Source: Isurus oxyrinchus (lineage: Eukaryota). From it: a stretch of DNA of 64,000 nucleotides. Positions 1 to 14,200 of this stretch are shown piece by piece (positions within the stretch are counted from its first letter, which is position 1; the number at the start of each line of letters is the position of its first letter). The notes beneath the pieces are model-generated. The model had not been told where the DNA came from. It made no database searches and saw nothing but the letters and a program-made list of their open reading frames with translations. The DNA is taken from contig JANJGN010000014.1 of the NCBI GenBank assembly GCA_026770705.1, forward strand, positions 115,258,001 through 115,322,000, given 5' to 3'. The position numbers and the translations under genes were made by a program.

Positions 1-19
1 GGCTGGCGCCTCTGTCCAG

Positions 20-830
20 CTTGTTTGTGCCTTGCGGGAGGCAGGAGAGCTTGCTGGTAGCTCAGGGAGACCATTTTCCCCACAGCTAGTTCAACTCACT
101 GAATGCTTTAACATAAGCAAGTTAAGGTTATCAATGTAATGACTATCACAGAAGGCTATTACAAGGAATATTTTTAGGATGAGATAATTCACCACATTTT
201 ATCATTAAGCAGCTCCGTTGCAGACTTCCTCAGAGACTTCAAACCAGGTGTAACAGCAACGCACCTCTCAGCTGGATAGCCCGGGCTTCACAGATTGAAA
301 CAGCACTGTTCAAATCATAGGGACATTACATTTAAGATGCAGTGTTAATCCCATGTTCGCAACTTGCAGGAGCATGTCAGCGAGGTTTCACCTCACTAAA
401 ATTCCAATTTCTATTCAATCTTGCAAAATTAACACGAAACGGCGCATCAGCAGAAACCTCCCCCACTTTACTTCATTTATAAATTGCAAGAATGATGCCA
501 TTATATATTATTAATTTCTGCTGTTCGCCACTGCAGTGATAGCACCGAGCCGCGGATGTTCGAGCTTTGTAATTAGGTTCTAGTAGGGCAGCCATCCGTC
601 CCTTTTCAAAAATTTACAGGATTCTTAATCACACTGCTCATTTGACTGTGCAGTAGCAAGTACAGTGAAACACAAACAGGCCACGTTCGTTTACACAGGA
701 ACACCTGCTTAGCCTGATAGCAGATGTCACCGTGAAGAGAGAGAGAAAAAAAGGAAAAGAGAGATCAGCCACGTGACAGACAAATAACATGCTTTTTAAA
801 TTTTCCTTTACTTTTGCTCGCAAAGCATAT
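20..830. promoter_or_regulatory. Candidate intronic conserved non-coding element cluster
   Basis: Repeat-free, high-complexity sequence with dense TAAT/ATTA cores, E-boxes (CACCTG, CAGATG, CACGTG) and TGACAG. ZEB2 introns are known CNE hotspots. Conservation was not computed. Confidence 0.45.
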
Positions 831-3800
831 ATTAACTTTGCGCAACCCTTCCTTGATCATTTTTTTTTAAAGTTTGGCTGTGCAACATCTCTGCCCACAT
901 ATTAAAATTTTACATGCCTCCTCCAGATTGCTTGCTTGTGATATAGAGATTTCTTTGACATTACGTTTATTCAGTTCTTGCTAAGAACCTGTAGCTCTGG
1001 AGGATAAAGTAAAAGTGTTTGACTTCCATAACAACGCTGTTGAAGTAAAGGTGGGGCGTTGGGGGAGGGGGGTGGTGGAGGGAGCAGTGTGGTGGATAAG
1101 CTTCTTTTTGTTGTAGTGTTTAGTGGTATTAAATGTGTTTGTGAAGACTTCCTTTATTTGATGCTTCTTGAAAAAAATAATCAAATGCATTGATTTAGAA
1201 TGCGTGCTTATGATTTCAATAGTCACCCAGAGCTAATGACGAGAGCTATTCGTCCCTCCAGATTTGTGCATATTTGGAAAGTAGCAAGGATACAATTGTT
1301 GTTGAATCTTCCAGGTGTGCCTGAATATCCAAAAAAATTGTTTCTTTCCATGTTAAGGATAGCTTTCTTCGGTGCTGTGTTCAACATGATATCAAGTTGT
1401 CAATGAAATATGTTCCCTCTGTCCTCCTTAAATAAAGGTAAGTCTAAGAGGTAAAACCCAGAAGTTAGAAATTATTGATAAAATGAATCAACCACAGGGT
1501 TGGGCATTTTTATTCAAGAAAGATTCACCTATTACATGAGAGGAAGATTAAAGGACTGTTTTATAACATGGTGGAATGTTTTTTAAAGGAGAATTGCCAG
1601 AAGAAATTCATAATTTTTCAGGCCGACGCTCTGGTGCAGGAATGGGTAGGATGTGTACAAAATGGTGATGGTAGAAAGATCAGTAATTCTGAACAGAGTC
1701 AGAGTTACGCTGCATCTTAAGAGGTTTCAAAAGGCAAGATGTTCTGAAAAGTATGGCAATTCACATGCCTCTAACCATTTTTGATCTCTACAAATTGGCC
1801 TGCATGTACGCATAGAAAAGTCTAGCTTGCAAGACAGAAAATCCGCACAGCATGGGTCCTTCAGAAAGTCATGATATATCAGTTGCCAGAACACTATACT
1901 GCTGAATGCAATGAGAATTATTTTCTCAGAATATTAAAGTTTATTTGAACAAGTAAAGGGCTTCACCATTTTTGAAGTTTATTAAGTGGAATTGTCAGGT
2001 TAGCAGAAAATGAAGTAGATTTTACACATCACAGCACAGCGGTGGATCATAATATTGTGACGCACCGGAAAACAGTTTCTTCACTTCACATATCTCAGGC
2101 CCAGGAAGTAAGGTGTTTTGCAACTCTAGTCCTAGTAAAATGTTCAATATGTAGACATGTGAAAGTGTAGCAGGGGCAAAGAATTTAAAGTGCAACAAGC
2201 AGAGTAGGAGGGACTTAAATTCACTGATTGTTCTTTTTTGGCATTATTGTGCGTTTAATGTTAACTTTTTAAAAAAATCTTCAACATGAAATAGAACACA
2301 ATGTCAAATTTCTTCCAAAGCCTTTTCCTTTTCCCCCATACTGTAGATTGTAGCTTTAAGCCTTGCCCCATCATTATGGACAAAACTCCAGAGCTCTTAG
2401 GAATACAGGGCAAGGGATCCTTTGCTTTCACTGATACGCAACAGTCATAAGAGGAATCAGAAAGGAGCACCTGGGGACTTTTAAGCTTTGACAGCTTTAG
2501 ATTATATTGTAATACTAACTCTAATGCACATTCTGTACCTGTTGCCTTCAAATGGTGTGCTTGGTACTTATTGTCCAGCTAGCTTTCCACTGTAACCTGG
2601 AAATTTCATGGCTGAACTAATACTTGTTGCATTTGAAAATATATTATTTAACCTATCCAGTCAGATTTTAAGATGGCCAAGATTTCTGTTCACTGTCTGC
2701 ATGGTCCTCACCCCCATTGAAGTAATCAGATGTTAGAAAAAGTCATTTATCCCAGTGTTAGTTAATACGGTTTGAATTAGGTTCTATTATTTGCCAGTCA
2801 GTCAGTGCAGGTCAGCTTGAAAGAAGCATAACTATTAACCCCCACCCATTTAGGAAGCTTTCCAAATGCACCATGATTCTATCCCTATCAATACTAGGGG
2901 CTTATGCCTGTGAGTGGGTTAAGGCAGAGGGAAGAACTGTAAGTGCACACACTCTCTTCATAAAACAGTTGGCACTGTGATCTCTTAGAATTGACATATT
3001 GATTGCTTCAAATGTACGAATGTCCATTTCATAAACTCCATTTTCAAAGCGTAGACACATTTAGAGCTCTGTCTTTTTTCCCACATGGATCAATTATATG
3101 CCCACGTAATCCTGTTACCTGTGAAATCCATGCATGCTTTCCCCATTTGCCACATATCCTAGGCGTGCAAGTTACATTATGCGGATATAAGCAAACAGTG
3201 TGTTGTGGTGAAATTAGGGATTGTTTTCCCACTGACAGCTCTGGAGCTGAGAGCGATGGCACCCTTTTCCCTCCCCCTGAGAGAGAATCAGAAGACAGAT
3301 TACCAAGTTATTCAATCCAGAACCAAAAAATAATGGACTATGAAAACAGTCCATTAAACATTCTGGAGATAAATAATCTTCTACTTTTCTCTAATCTGCA
3401 GGTATGACTGACTACTTTTCTAGGTTATAGTCAGGAACTGAGTTGTGCAAAGGCACTTAATTGATGTGTTTTACCCTGTTACTGTTACTTTGTATTATCC
3501 TCCATTTACAGTAATAACATGGAACAAATAAAACTTACATACAGCGTATTGAAAAATAATCTATCTAAACCAGTAACCTGTTGTATGAATGTTAGGGAAT
3601 GCTCAGCTGTGAATACCCCATTACCACTTTCTATCTAGACTCTCACAAGAGGAAAGTCACTATGGTAAGGTACTGGGCAGTTGTCAGTATTGTGAATCTA
3701 TACCCAAGCACTTTCAAAAGAGGAGGGGAGACACTTGGGAGGAAAGATGACACCTGAACTGAATTATTTGACTGTCCTTTTTAAAACTGTCTCTTTTTCC

Positions 3801-4244
3801 TGCATTATTCTTTATTTTCAACAATACTGCAGATGCCTAGTAAAAAAAAAACATTCCTCTGCAGAGTGGGGAAAATCCTTTTGTGAATAAGGATTGAATT
3901 GACCTCATTCTTGTGAACTACATAGCCTTCTGTGGGCTCACAGAATGCAACCATCAAATTCTGGGGAACAGGGATGGTCAACAAATAGAGAACATCACAG
4001 ATCTACAACTTTGTGTGAACGAAGCTATTTACATAAACCCCCAAGGAACAGAACCCCTTACATCAGGTCAGGGGTGCTCCTGGGATCTTTGAAACCAGAT
4101 TGATGGCTTAAACGTGCACATGAGAAACCCCAGAAGATTACATAAGTGTGGCATCAGTAGGAAAAAGAAACAATTAGATTGTTTACTAACAGAGTAATGA
4201 ATGATTGTTAGGAATAATGAGTTATGGAGCAACTCTACCCCCAC

Positions 4245-4358
4245 AACACTCGGAACACAATATACACATACAACATAGAAGCAAGACACAATGCACATAC
4301 AACACAACATACAATTCACACACAAACAACACAATACAACGCAAACACATGCATACAA
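4245..4358. repeat. Imperfect CA-rich low-complexity repeat (CAACA/CATA units)
   Basis: Directly visible. Confidence 0.8.
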
Positions 4359-5719
4359 AGATTGGCTTCTCAATATCTCCTGCATCTATTTTCTACACTT
4401 CAGTGGTCTTGAGGCAGCTCACTCATGCTAAACTTGTCGAATACAATTTGTTTCCTGAAAGGTTCACAAAATCCCAGAATACCTTATGAAATATTGCCTG
4501 ACCTGCTCACTGGAGTGGCTCAACGAAGCACAAAGAAAGCGTCAAAAAGTAGCTACATGCTTAGCACGATCTACAAGCACTCGGTGCACATACTATTGTT
4601 CCAGTTAAGCAGTAAAGATAAATAGCGGCGTGTTAACCAGATTTGACATGCTGTATAGAATAGGCATCTTCAGTCCCAAGACACAGCCAAACACAAAATA
4701 CAAACATTTCCACCATCCACACTGGACTGGATAAAGCTCTGACAATTTGTCACTTGGCTGTAAGAGTTCCTACCTTTGTGACTGGTCACGGAATACCAAA
4801 TAGGGGTACATTTTTCTTTTGGAATAAGACAGCAGGTTTGACAGTGGTATATGGTTTAATTAAGGCTGTAAAGCCCAAACTTCATCTTGTTCTCCCTTGC
4901 AGAAGCCAGGCTTTGTCTCTTCACTTTATTGAAGGAATCATTTTCACATTATGATTTTAGGAATGAGGTAAGTGGCAGGGCAGAAGTACACAGCTGAACT
5001 AACCCCGTGGAGGTTAGTTTGTTCTCTTGTGCTACACAAGGCTTGGTTTTTCTGTCTAGTATTATGAAAAGAATAATTCAAACAGTATCTGTGACAAACA
5101 CAGTGCATTCTAGAAGATAGATTATATGAACAAAGCAGAACTTGGGTTGAAGTCCAACAATTTATCCCAAAATTATTTTAATGTAATTTGCAAGTGTCCC
5201 CTAATCTAGGCAGTTAATTCCTAGTAACCAATTATCATTGTCCCAATGCTATGAAAAGTGCAGATTTGTCACTTGCTCTTTTTCCCACTTTATTCTTTTT
5301 CTGGGAAAAATGAACTGAGTTTGATCATTCCAGCATTTACGTGAGCTATCTAAAACATCAAACCTCTGAATGAATCTAAATTTTAATGCCTCTTTCATTC
5401 ACTTTGTGTCCAATATGGTAAAAGATTTTAAAAAGCATTAAAAAAAACTATCAGATGTAATTCAACAGAAGTTTAAAGCAGTAAAGGCTCCATAGGATGA
5501 TACACTGCAGAATGTTTTCATGCAAATGGCATTGGCATGCTTTGGTAAAGCCATTTTTTCTGAAAATTTACTTAGCATAGTAGGAAATAAAGTACATGAA
5601 TCAAACATAAAACCCATCAAACTAATTGTCTAATCTAACGAGCAAAAATATTACAAATTAACCCATTTTAATAGAAGGCAGGAACTATGTAGATGAGTTT
5701 GTTGAAATAAATCATGAGT

Positions 5720-6740
5720 TATATAAAAATGCTCATCTAAGTAAAGCACAAGTACTGTACAGATGAAACTATTCAAATAGAGCACATACTATATAAACAT
5801 GTCCATTAAACTGAACACAGGTACTGTACGGACGAGTCTATTCAAATAAAGCACATATTGTTGAAACGAACATATTAAAGTAAAGTACATGCTGTGTAAA
5901 ATGTGTCCTCCTAAATAGAGTACATATTGTAGAAACATGCAGACTTAAACAGGGCACCGTTTAAATGTATTCCTTTAAATAGACAATACAAAGTAAATGT
6001 GCCCATTTAAAAGAGTGCATATACTATATAATCATCTGCATGTCAAGCATAAGGTACAAATGTATTTATTTAAACAACAGAGAGCGGAGTTCATATTAGA
6101 GTAACGTTTATTTCAAGCATATCGTATATGAATGCATCCATTAAAATACAACCTATATTGTATAAATGTGATTGATTAAAATAGACCACAGATATCACTC
6201 ACATAAACTAACCGATTCAGGTTTAACACACCTTCTTTAAATATTTAAATAGTGTTCCTCTGGCATGAAGGCATCCATTTAAATTGAGCACAGTTGCAAC
6301 ATAAATGTTAATTTCAACAAATATGTACAGTACAAACAGATCCTTTAAATAGTTACTATATAATCACGTACACTTGAATTCACCACTTGTTAAGACTACT
6401 TGGGGTAAGTACCAGAGGGTCACCAAAACCTAATGGAACTGTCTCCAAGTGTGAGCCTTTACATTCAGGACAGAAATAGCACGGGGAGAAAATTGAATGA
6501 AGAGAAAAAGAAGTAAACACTGTATAAACATGTTTATTTAATTACAGAAAACAATTAATAAATGTTCCCTTTTAACTACAGTGCAGGTACTGTGTAAACA
6601 GATACATTGTGTGCTCTATAATTGTGCCATTTAAACATACTTGATAAATATATCCATTTATGTAAAATGTACCATTTAAACGTGCTATTTGAAACGGAGT
6701 ACAGGTACGATGCTAATATCTCCACTCATGACAAGCATAT
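5720..6740. repeat. Highly degenerate AT-rich minisatellite, unit ~34-36 bp
   Basis: Recurrent (c/t)attTAAAtagagtACAtactgtataaatgtgtc-like units, e.g. ATTCAAATAGAGCACATA at 5771 and ATTCAAATAAAGCACATA at 5840. It is interrupted at ~6385-6510. Confidence 0.7.
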
Positions 6741-9700
6741 AATGTACAAGTCCACAGATTGGAAATGTAATAGCCCAAGCCAGGCTGACATATCTAAATT
6801 TACTCAAAAGTGCAGAAGGCATCCCTCACAGTTTCTGTGCTGAATAAACTTTTCTCTTCAGCCTCACTTCAACCTGAAAATATGACACTCTTTGTAGCCA
6901 CCTTCTGCAATGGTATATCTACCTAACAATTCCTCTTGAGTCCTCCTTTTCACTGTCAGACTTACAAAAACAAATTGCGCTCTGCGTATTTAATGCCAGT
7001 TACAAATGGAATGCCAGTTCAGGAAATGCACAGGATATAATTCTGTGAGTGAGCAGAGCAAATTTCAATACTCTCGGGGTGCAGAGTACCAGCCAGACCC
7101 TTAATGGGTTAATGTATTCCATGTGAAAAGACCACGTTACATGCAACTACACTTCCAGAGGAGGGAAAAAAGCCTTATCTATTTCTACACCTTTAACCAG
7201 AAATGATTCCTTCAGCTCCTCTCTCCAATTCCCCACTGTAAAAACCTACTCAAAGTCTTAGATGGAATTCAATGTGAGAAAACATCCTCATGTTGCCTAA
7301 ATATTTAGCAAACACTTTCACCTGCAGACTACACATGGCGAAGGAGGTAATTGTTCGTTTGAGCACTATCTGCGTTTGAGGTGGATAAATTATGTTGTCA
7401 CTGACTAAAATTAACAGCAATTCCTATCAATTTCCCAATTTCCAATGCTAATTGCAATTTTACTTTTAAATATACTTGCACCTGTTTTCTCATTTGGTCA
7501 AGATATTTTCAGTACAAAGGTAGAGTAACTGAATATAATCAGTGCTTTTAATTAACTGTACTGAAGATGTGCAAAAGAAGCAATTATATTGCAAATGAAA
7601 GAGTTTTTTGGCCTTAAATTATTTTATTGCACATTACTTAGAACACAAAGCAAAACTACAAGATTCCATATTTAATTTGTAATTACTTTAGTATAACCTT
7701 CCTGGGAATGAGTTACTCTTATTATAATTATTAATTAATTTTGCTTCATGACTAAATAAATGAAGTAATAATGTAAAAATTAATTAAAACATCAAAATAC
7801 ACATTAACGCACAAAAAAAAAAGGTTTTGGTGGTCACAATTTAATTTGAGTTCAGTATTCATTTCACACAGCAAAATTGCCTTCAAACTCAATTTATACA
7901 CCATTAAAATAATGTAGTATTTTGCTCTTAGTTTGAATGCTGTGTTTCAACCCCTCCCTGAGTGCTACCTACAAATTCAGACACTTTTCACAAGTGCCAT
8001 TAGAAACAGAAAGTTTTGTTTTGCTTATAAGACTCTTTATTGACAATTCCATTCTCAGCCCCAATATTGTAAAATGTTTCAATTGTAGCGATGAATATTC
8101 TCAAAGCTGTTAAATGACAAAAATGATAGCATCAAGGGAATTCAGCATTCAAAGGCCTTAGACAGTTTAAACTAACTTAGCCGGAGAGAATAACAGGAAC
8201 ACAGACATTTTACTGCTTCTTATGGGAAGGTGTAGAGATTAGATGGAACTCAGAGAAAACCTGCATCAAATATCAAGGACGCCAGACTAATGGCACTTAG
8301 AACTGATTTTACAGCAGAGAGCCAACCCTTCCCAGACTGACAAGAAGAGATTTGACCTCTTTCAAAATCATCTTCATTCCAACGCCCATCCACTAAAATA
8401 TGCACTCCCTGTATGTCACTTGATGGTTTGAGGCAGGAATGAGTCACAGGTTCCACTTTGTTAGCTTGTCAGGTCCCTTTAAGAAATATTCACTGTCAAT
8501 GTTTTTTTTTTGTAATTAGAAAATAATACCAATGTAATTCCAGACAATTCCAATAAACATTGAACTATTTCACAATGACTCCACTACTTAATCCAACTCC
8601 TTGAGGTTTGTTTTATTTCTTCAGACAATAGTGACATTGCATCAGGTAGGAACAAATGTAAAACCTTCTGGAAAGTACCTTTAAGTAGATCCTGGAAATC
8701 ATTTAGAAATCTTACAGAATTCCAGTTATGGAGCATATTCTGAAATTGGTAACTTGCACATGTACTGCAATACCGTGTACACCACCATTTACTGTGTAAA
8801 TAATATTATATGGGAGCACTGAAGGAACCAAAGTTTGTTATTTCCAAGTGGCATTTCACTGTCATGAATCAACTTGGGTGTAGACAATGCACAAGGACAG
8901 TCTATGGTTCATGTGTATAGGTTATGCAACTGATTGGAAAGAAGGTTGCCACCAAGGAGACATAAGTGGGTACTTAGGATGAAGATGCACTAACATCAAG
9001 AAACATCTATGTCATGAAAGTATGTCAGAAAGAAATTAACGAAAAGTAAAGTATAAAACTTAAAGCATACAGGCTAACAAACAGCTGGCAGTGAGTTTGA
9101 AGCCCTAATGCAAACAAGGAGTACGGTCGGCTTTCATCAACCACTTGAATTTAGGTACTTCCAATTCATGATGCCATTACATGACGTCATTAGAACTACT
9201 GGACTGAGCCTTGTAACTCACTGCCAGACATCTGGGTATCTTTATATGCTGTATACATCAAGCTGAGGCTTTACATTAACAGAGGAGCTTAGCGTTTCGC
9301 AGGCAGAGGGGACACACTTTGAGTTGGGCAAACCAGAGTAAAGATATCCTGCAATCCAGTATTCGCTACACCAAGAGACACTCAACGGACAGAACTGCCC
9401 TCCATCCCAGCCCAGTGAAGTAAAATCAACGTGCTTCTTCAGTTTAGAGTTGGTGCTATTGTAGACATCTTTCCTTCCTTTTCTTGCCAGTCAGGTCCAG
9501 CTTGAGAAAATATGTAATGAACAGTGCAAGGAGCCAATTAATTCTAAAGTCAAAATCTTAGCTCCAACCACTTCATTGGAAGGGTGAGCTACCTGAAGAG
9601 AAATACTCTGGAGCCAGACAGTATCTCTGAACAGTAACTGTTAAAGAATGGACTGTTTACCTGCTTAGCTCTGGACAAGAATCCATTTTTCCACTACAGG

Positions 9701-10139
9701 GTACTGATAAACTAGGTCATAAGCCTACAAACGCATTATCAGTGACATGTTGCTCCTCTCCTGCTTGTAATGGGAGTTCAAATTCAATTTCAATCATTTG
9801 ATCTAAACTGAATTTGATTTCCATCACCCCCTCAAACCAAGGCATGAGCTGTGACTGTATCTGTATCTGGTTACCATATGTTCAATGAAGAGAATGGGGT
9901 GAGGGGGGGACTGAGGATTCAGATCAGACTGCCACAGCCTTAACTGATTATATACAAAAGCTTTGGGGTGTTAGTACACCACTGATGGAAAGAGGGCAAC
10001 TCCCTAAACATCAGATTTGACTGTTCAGCAAATTTTACACATGGATTCAGATTCCTGGGATTTAGCAGCATTATTTCTGTAGCTTTTGATACTTATAATC
10101 CTAAAATGTGTTTAAAGCAATCTATACATTTACATTTTT

Positions 10140-10272
10140 TTCTTTATTCTTTCATTGGATGTGGGCATCACTAGCAAGGCCAGCATTTGTTGCCCATCCC
10201 TAATTTGCTATTGAAATATGTGACTTTCTATGCCATTTCAGAGGACAGTTATGAGTCAACCACATTGCTGCA
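10140..10272 (-). mobile_element. 3' fragment of a tRNA-SINE sharing the LINE tail GGGATGGGCAA(T/C)AAATGCTGGCC
   Basis: Reverse complement of the tail of the SINE at 30687-31232. Confidence 0.8.
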
Positions 10273-12394
10273 CATCTTCAGAGTTTGCTCATGTGACATA
10301 CAATTGGGGGGTGGGATAAAATGTTTCTACTAACTGAAGTTGGCCTTTAATTAATCTAATTCTGAGGAAGTTTTACACCCTGAAGTTCAAGCATCTCACC
10401 GTTGTTTTCAAAACATTAAGTTCCTATGCTTTTAGAAGCCCAAAACCAAACTCTTTCTCTAAGGATAAACCATTTTTATAGAGAGTTAAAAATTTGTATA
10501 CGTCCCTGAAAAGTAATCACTGATGTTGACGTGCACAAGGCAACCATTTTGGTTTCAATTTAATACCAGTGCCCATTAGGAGATATATATTTGGACGTGT
10601 CTGTCAGAGTCTTTTTGACTATGCATATCCACCTGTGTGTCTATATATTATGGTATCGGCACCTGTGCATGTATCTATATATGCCTCTTCTCTAGGTATG
10701 AATGTCTAGGTGTAATTGTCGGTGTACATTATTGTTTCCATCCTGTGCTCTGTGTATTTTTCCTTCGTGCTGCTTTCTTTTATAGGCTTGTTTCCTTCTC
10801 TCACTTCATAATTAAACTCAATACCCCTCAGAAGCAACAAACACATAAATAAGGTAATTTAACAGAGAAGCTCCTGAAGAATAGGTCGCAGTCTTGGCTG
10901 GAGTGTCAAACATAGCATGAACTACTTTTTTGCAGTAGATAAAACTTACTTTAGTTGATCTAATGCTTCGCATGGATGGGAAACTATCTCAAATTTTGGA
11001 CAATTCTCAAGCTGGGTTGGTGGGGGGAGCATTTGAACTCGAAGGGGACACGAATGTGTCATGGCTTCTTGCGGGAGGCTCACAATAATGTAATGTTGCG
11101 GAAACTATGACAACTGTAGCTGTCACGACTTAAAGTGACACCGCCAACCTTTTCATAACTGGTGTGGCTTTTGATTTTTGACAGGGAACAAAGTACCTGC
11201 TTCTGGGGGTTTATGCTAGCTATGGCTCCCTGCAAATTCGCACCCTGACCTGCCGTGCATTCTTTCCAGTCGAAAGACACTTCCCATGACTACCTCTCTA
11301 GAGTGCCCGCCCCCTCCCCTTTAAATCCCACAACAAACACTTCTCTTTTTTAAAACAACCTGAGAAGTGAACTATAATTCTGTCTTTCACATACCCACAC
11401 AAAAAACAAACCTTCAGGTTGCTGAGTCTAGTTACAGAGCTGCTTGTCTGCACCTTGGCAAAAAGAGTCTCAAAGCACAGATAGGAATAAACAGAGCATT
11501 AAATCAAGTAAAACTGTGACAAGGCCCATATATATGCGTGGACAATGCCAGTGAGGCATCTCCAATCTTTTGTTCAGAGCTTAACAAAACTCTCTGGTCA
11601 CACCACTTTAGCTCAACACTGCCTGTCGAAAAGCCATCAATAGATGCCCAGTGCCTGTCAAATGCAAAGCTGAAGAAAAGTATTTCAAAGAATGTTTAAC
11701 TTATAAGGTGAACCTTTATTACTTGAATAGAGATAGGACGGACATTTTTTTCAGCCATTGGGCTGCCCAGGCGGTATCAAAGAACCATTCAGAAACTGAG
11801 GGGGTCTACGCATTTATTTCTTCACAGCACACGCAAAACTTTCCATTGTGTCTCAACAGAGGATCGATGGCTGCTGTTTATTTCCTTTGAAACACAATGG
11901 ACACCTTAGGATGTTTTTTTCCACTTTTTTCATTTACTGTGCATGTTTTAAACGGTATGTTTTAAGTTCTCGGCACTCATGAAGCAATTTTAAAGTGTTC
12001 TCCACCTCCCCTCAACATCCCCCACCCCCCACAGCCTGTTTTGCTTCACCCTGAATGACGTATATTTGTACCAATAAGATTTTTTGTATTCAAATAACTT
12101 TTGCAACTGCAGTATTTGAGTTTGATCAGGGCTCTCTCCTATTCTTAAGGAAACCCCACTGATCACCAAACTGATAGGCTATCAAAGGAAGCAAACACTT
12201 GTAAAAAATTTGCTTTTTACCGTTTCTCACGTTGAAACCTAAAGTACCAAAATATCACAAGTTTAACTTTAGAACTGACTACAATTTTTTGATAAATTTC
12301 TTTTCTTTTTTGTGCCACCAGATTACTATGTTTTAACCTCCCCCTTCCTTCACCCTCACACTCCCCACCCCCAAAATAAAACACACAACAGCAC

Positions 12395-12990
12395 ACTAGC
12401 ACTGATGGAGTGTCTTGCGTCGCTGCTGACCTGCACCGTTAGGGCTGATCTTTTTTTCCACAGAAGCCGAGAAGCTTTGTCTCTTTCACCCTGCTGCTGT
12501 CAATTCGCTGCCTATGTGCTGTCTCTTTCCCAGTCCCAACCCTGTCAGTTTCTGGGCTGCCAATTTCAACTTGAAGCTTGACTGGGCTGATTTGATGTAA
12601 ATACCTCGAGGGAGAACCTTGAAACTGATGAACAGTTATGTCAAGTCGATTTTGCACTGTCGGGAAAAGGTAACCTCTGCACAAAAAACAACAAGGTTAA
12701 AGAGATGGGGGCTTTGCACGTGGATTACGCTTCTCATACACCACGCTGTTTACCATCCCTTGGAAATTGTAACTGTCAGTATAAGTCCTAATTGCAGATG
12801 CAAAACCTGCCATTATAATAAAAACGGAGGCAGTGCAGACATTAAGTGTTACAGCCTAATTTGTGAGACTACTGAAAAGGTAGCGCAGATGAATATTTCA
12901 TTACATTAATTACTGAAGACAACTCCTTCCTGCCAGCCACAGATGTGTGTGTACTGTAGCTAGCAACAGCCACTGCTTAACACAACAACG
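12395..12990. promoter_or_regulatory. Candidate intronic enhancer/CNE
   Basis: Contains CTGTCA (Meis/TALE) sites, TGATTTGATG, multiple TAAT/ATTA cores and CAGATG E-boxes. It is bounded by C-rich and (CA)n low-complexity flanks. Confidence 0.5.
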
Positions 12991-13199
12991 TGCAACAAAT
13001 CCCCCCATACACATAAATACACTCGCACAAGTACACACACACACAGGCACATGCACGCACACACACACACACTCACACACAAGTTTCAAAGGTGTTGGAG
13101 GCCCAGGAGGAGTAAGTCCATGCTGCATATTGTTTGGGCAAGTCCAAATGTGCTCTCTGTATAAACGTCAAGGAATGTTTTTTTTCTGAACCAAATGCA

Positions 13200-14200
13200 A
13201 GGGAGGGCTTGACACTCTGACTAATCTGCTGAAAGCAAATTCTGCTGGATTAGCGAGACTGCTGGATACTAGAATCGGGGTATAGAAAATGGTACAAAGG
13301 TTGGATTCAGTTTGGTTGCATCTTCAAGAGTCGTTAAGTTGACAAGGGCCATCTGAACTAGTTGCATCTGCGCTGCCTTTTTTTTGTTGTTTGTTCCAAC
13401 AACAAATAAGGCTCCTTGTTCAGGTAAACTTGTTTTTCTCTTCCCAGACCAATGTTTAGTTTGAAGGGTTGCTGTGTAGCAGAAACTTGGATTTCAATTG
13501 TGTTACCTTTCTCTGATCATTTGCTTTGCTGTGTGTTTGATTAATAAAGAAGTTCAATCAATTAAAGAGTATATATTCTATCCATTATCAAATGAAAGGA
13601 AATGTGAAAGACAATGAATGCCTCATAAAAGGGACATCCGTGAGACAAGTAAATTGTTCAAACTATCCAATCGTTCCCAGCAAGAAAACTGTGTGGAATG
13701 GCTTGGGAATTGCTTTGTGCCAGGATATGGGCTCGCTTTCAAGAGAGGGTCTTGTCACAACGGTGCCCATTATTGGGCACTGATCATTTTACAGTGGTGA
13801 GAACACTGCCCTTCATAATGGAAGCTTTCATCGCAAAAACACAATAACCCAACAAAGGGTTAAAAACAAACACTGACCAGGGCTGTATTAAAAATACTTT
13901 TTTTTACAGGAGATGAAGGAGCAACCAGCTTTCTTTAAATTATCACGAGCATGGACACTTTGAAGATGGGGTGCTCTAATGAATTTCACTGGTGAGCGTA
14001 CAGCCGCTGGTGGGTATATCCCCAGATTAAAGGGGCACATGTGGCCAGGCTATTTATTGCACAAATGGCTGCTGCTATCTTGGAACAAATGGATTCCAAA
14101 GTCAGGCCTCTGCAATTACAGGGCCGTTTACATGTAAACTTTCAACTGCATGTAGAGGCACTGAGGGGCTCAAAAGAGCAGAAGCTAATCTTTCTTTGCA
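13200..14200. promoter_or_regulatory. Candidate intronic enhancer/CNE
   Basis: Contains TGATTAAT, AATCAATTA, ACAATG/ACAAAG (Sox-like) and GTAAACT/GTAAAT (Fox-like) sites, with no repeats. Confidence 0.4.

Noticed and set aside
5720-6740. CRISPR-like repeat-spacer array
   Set aside because: The units are contiguous degenerate tandem repeats without identical repeats or unique spacers. The context is eukaryotic and there are no cas genes.
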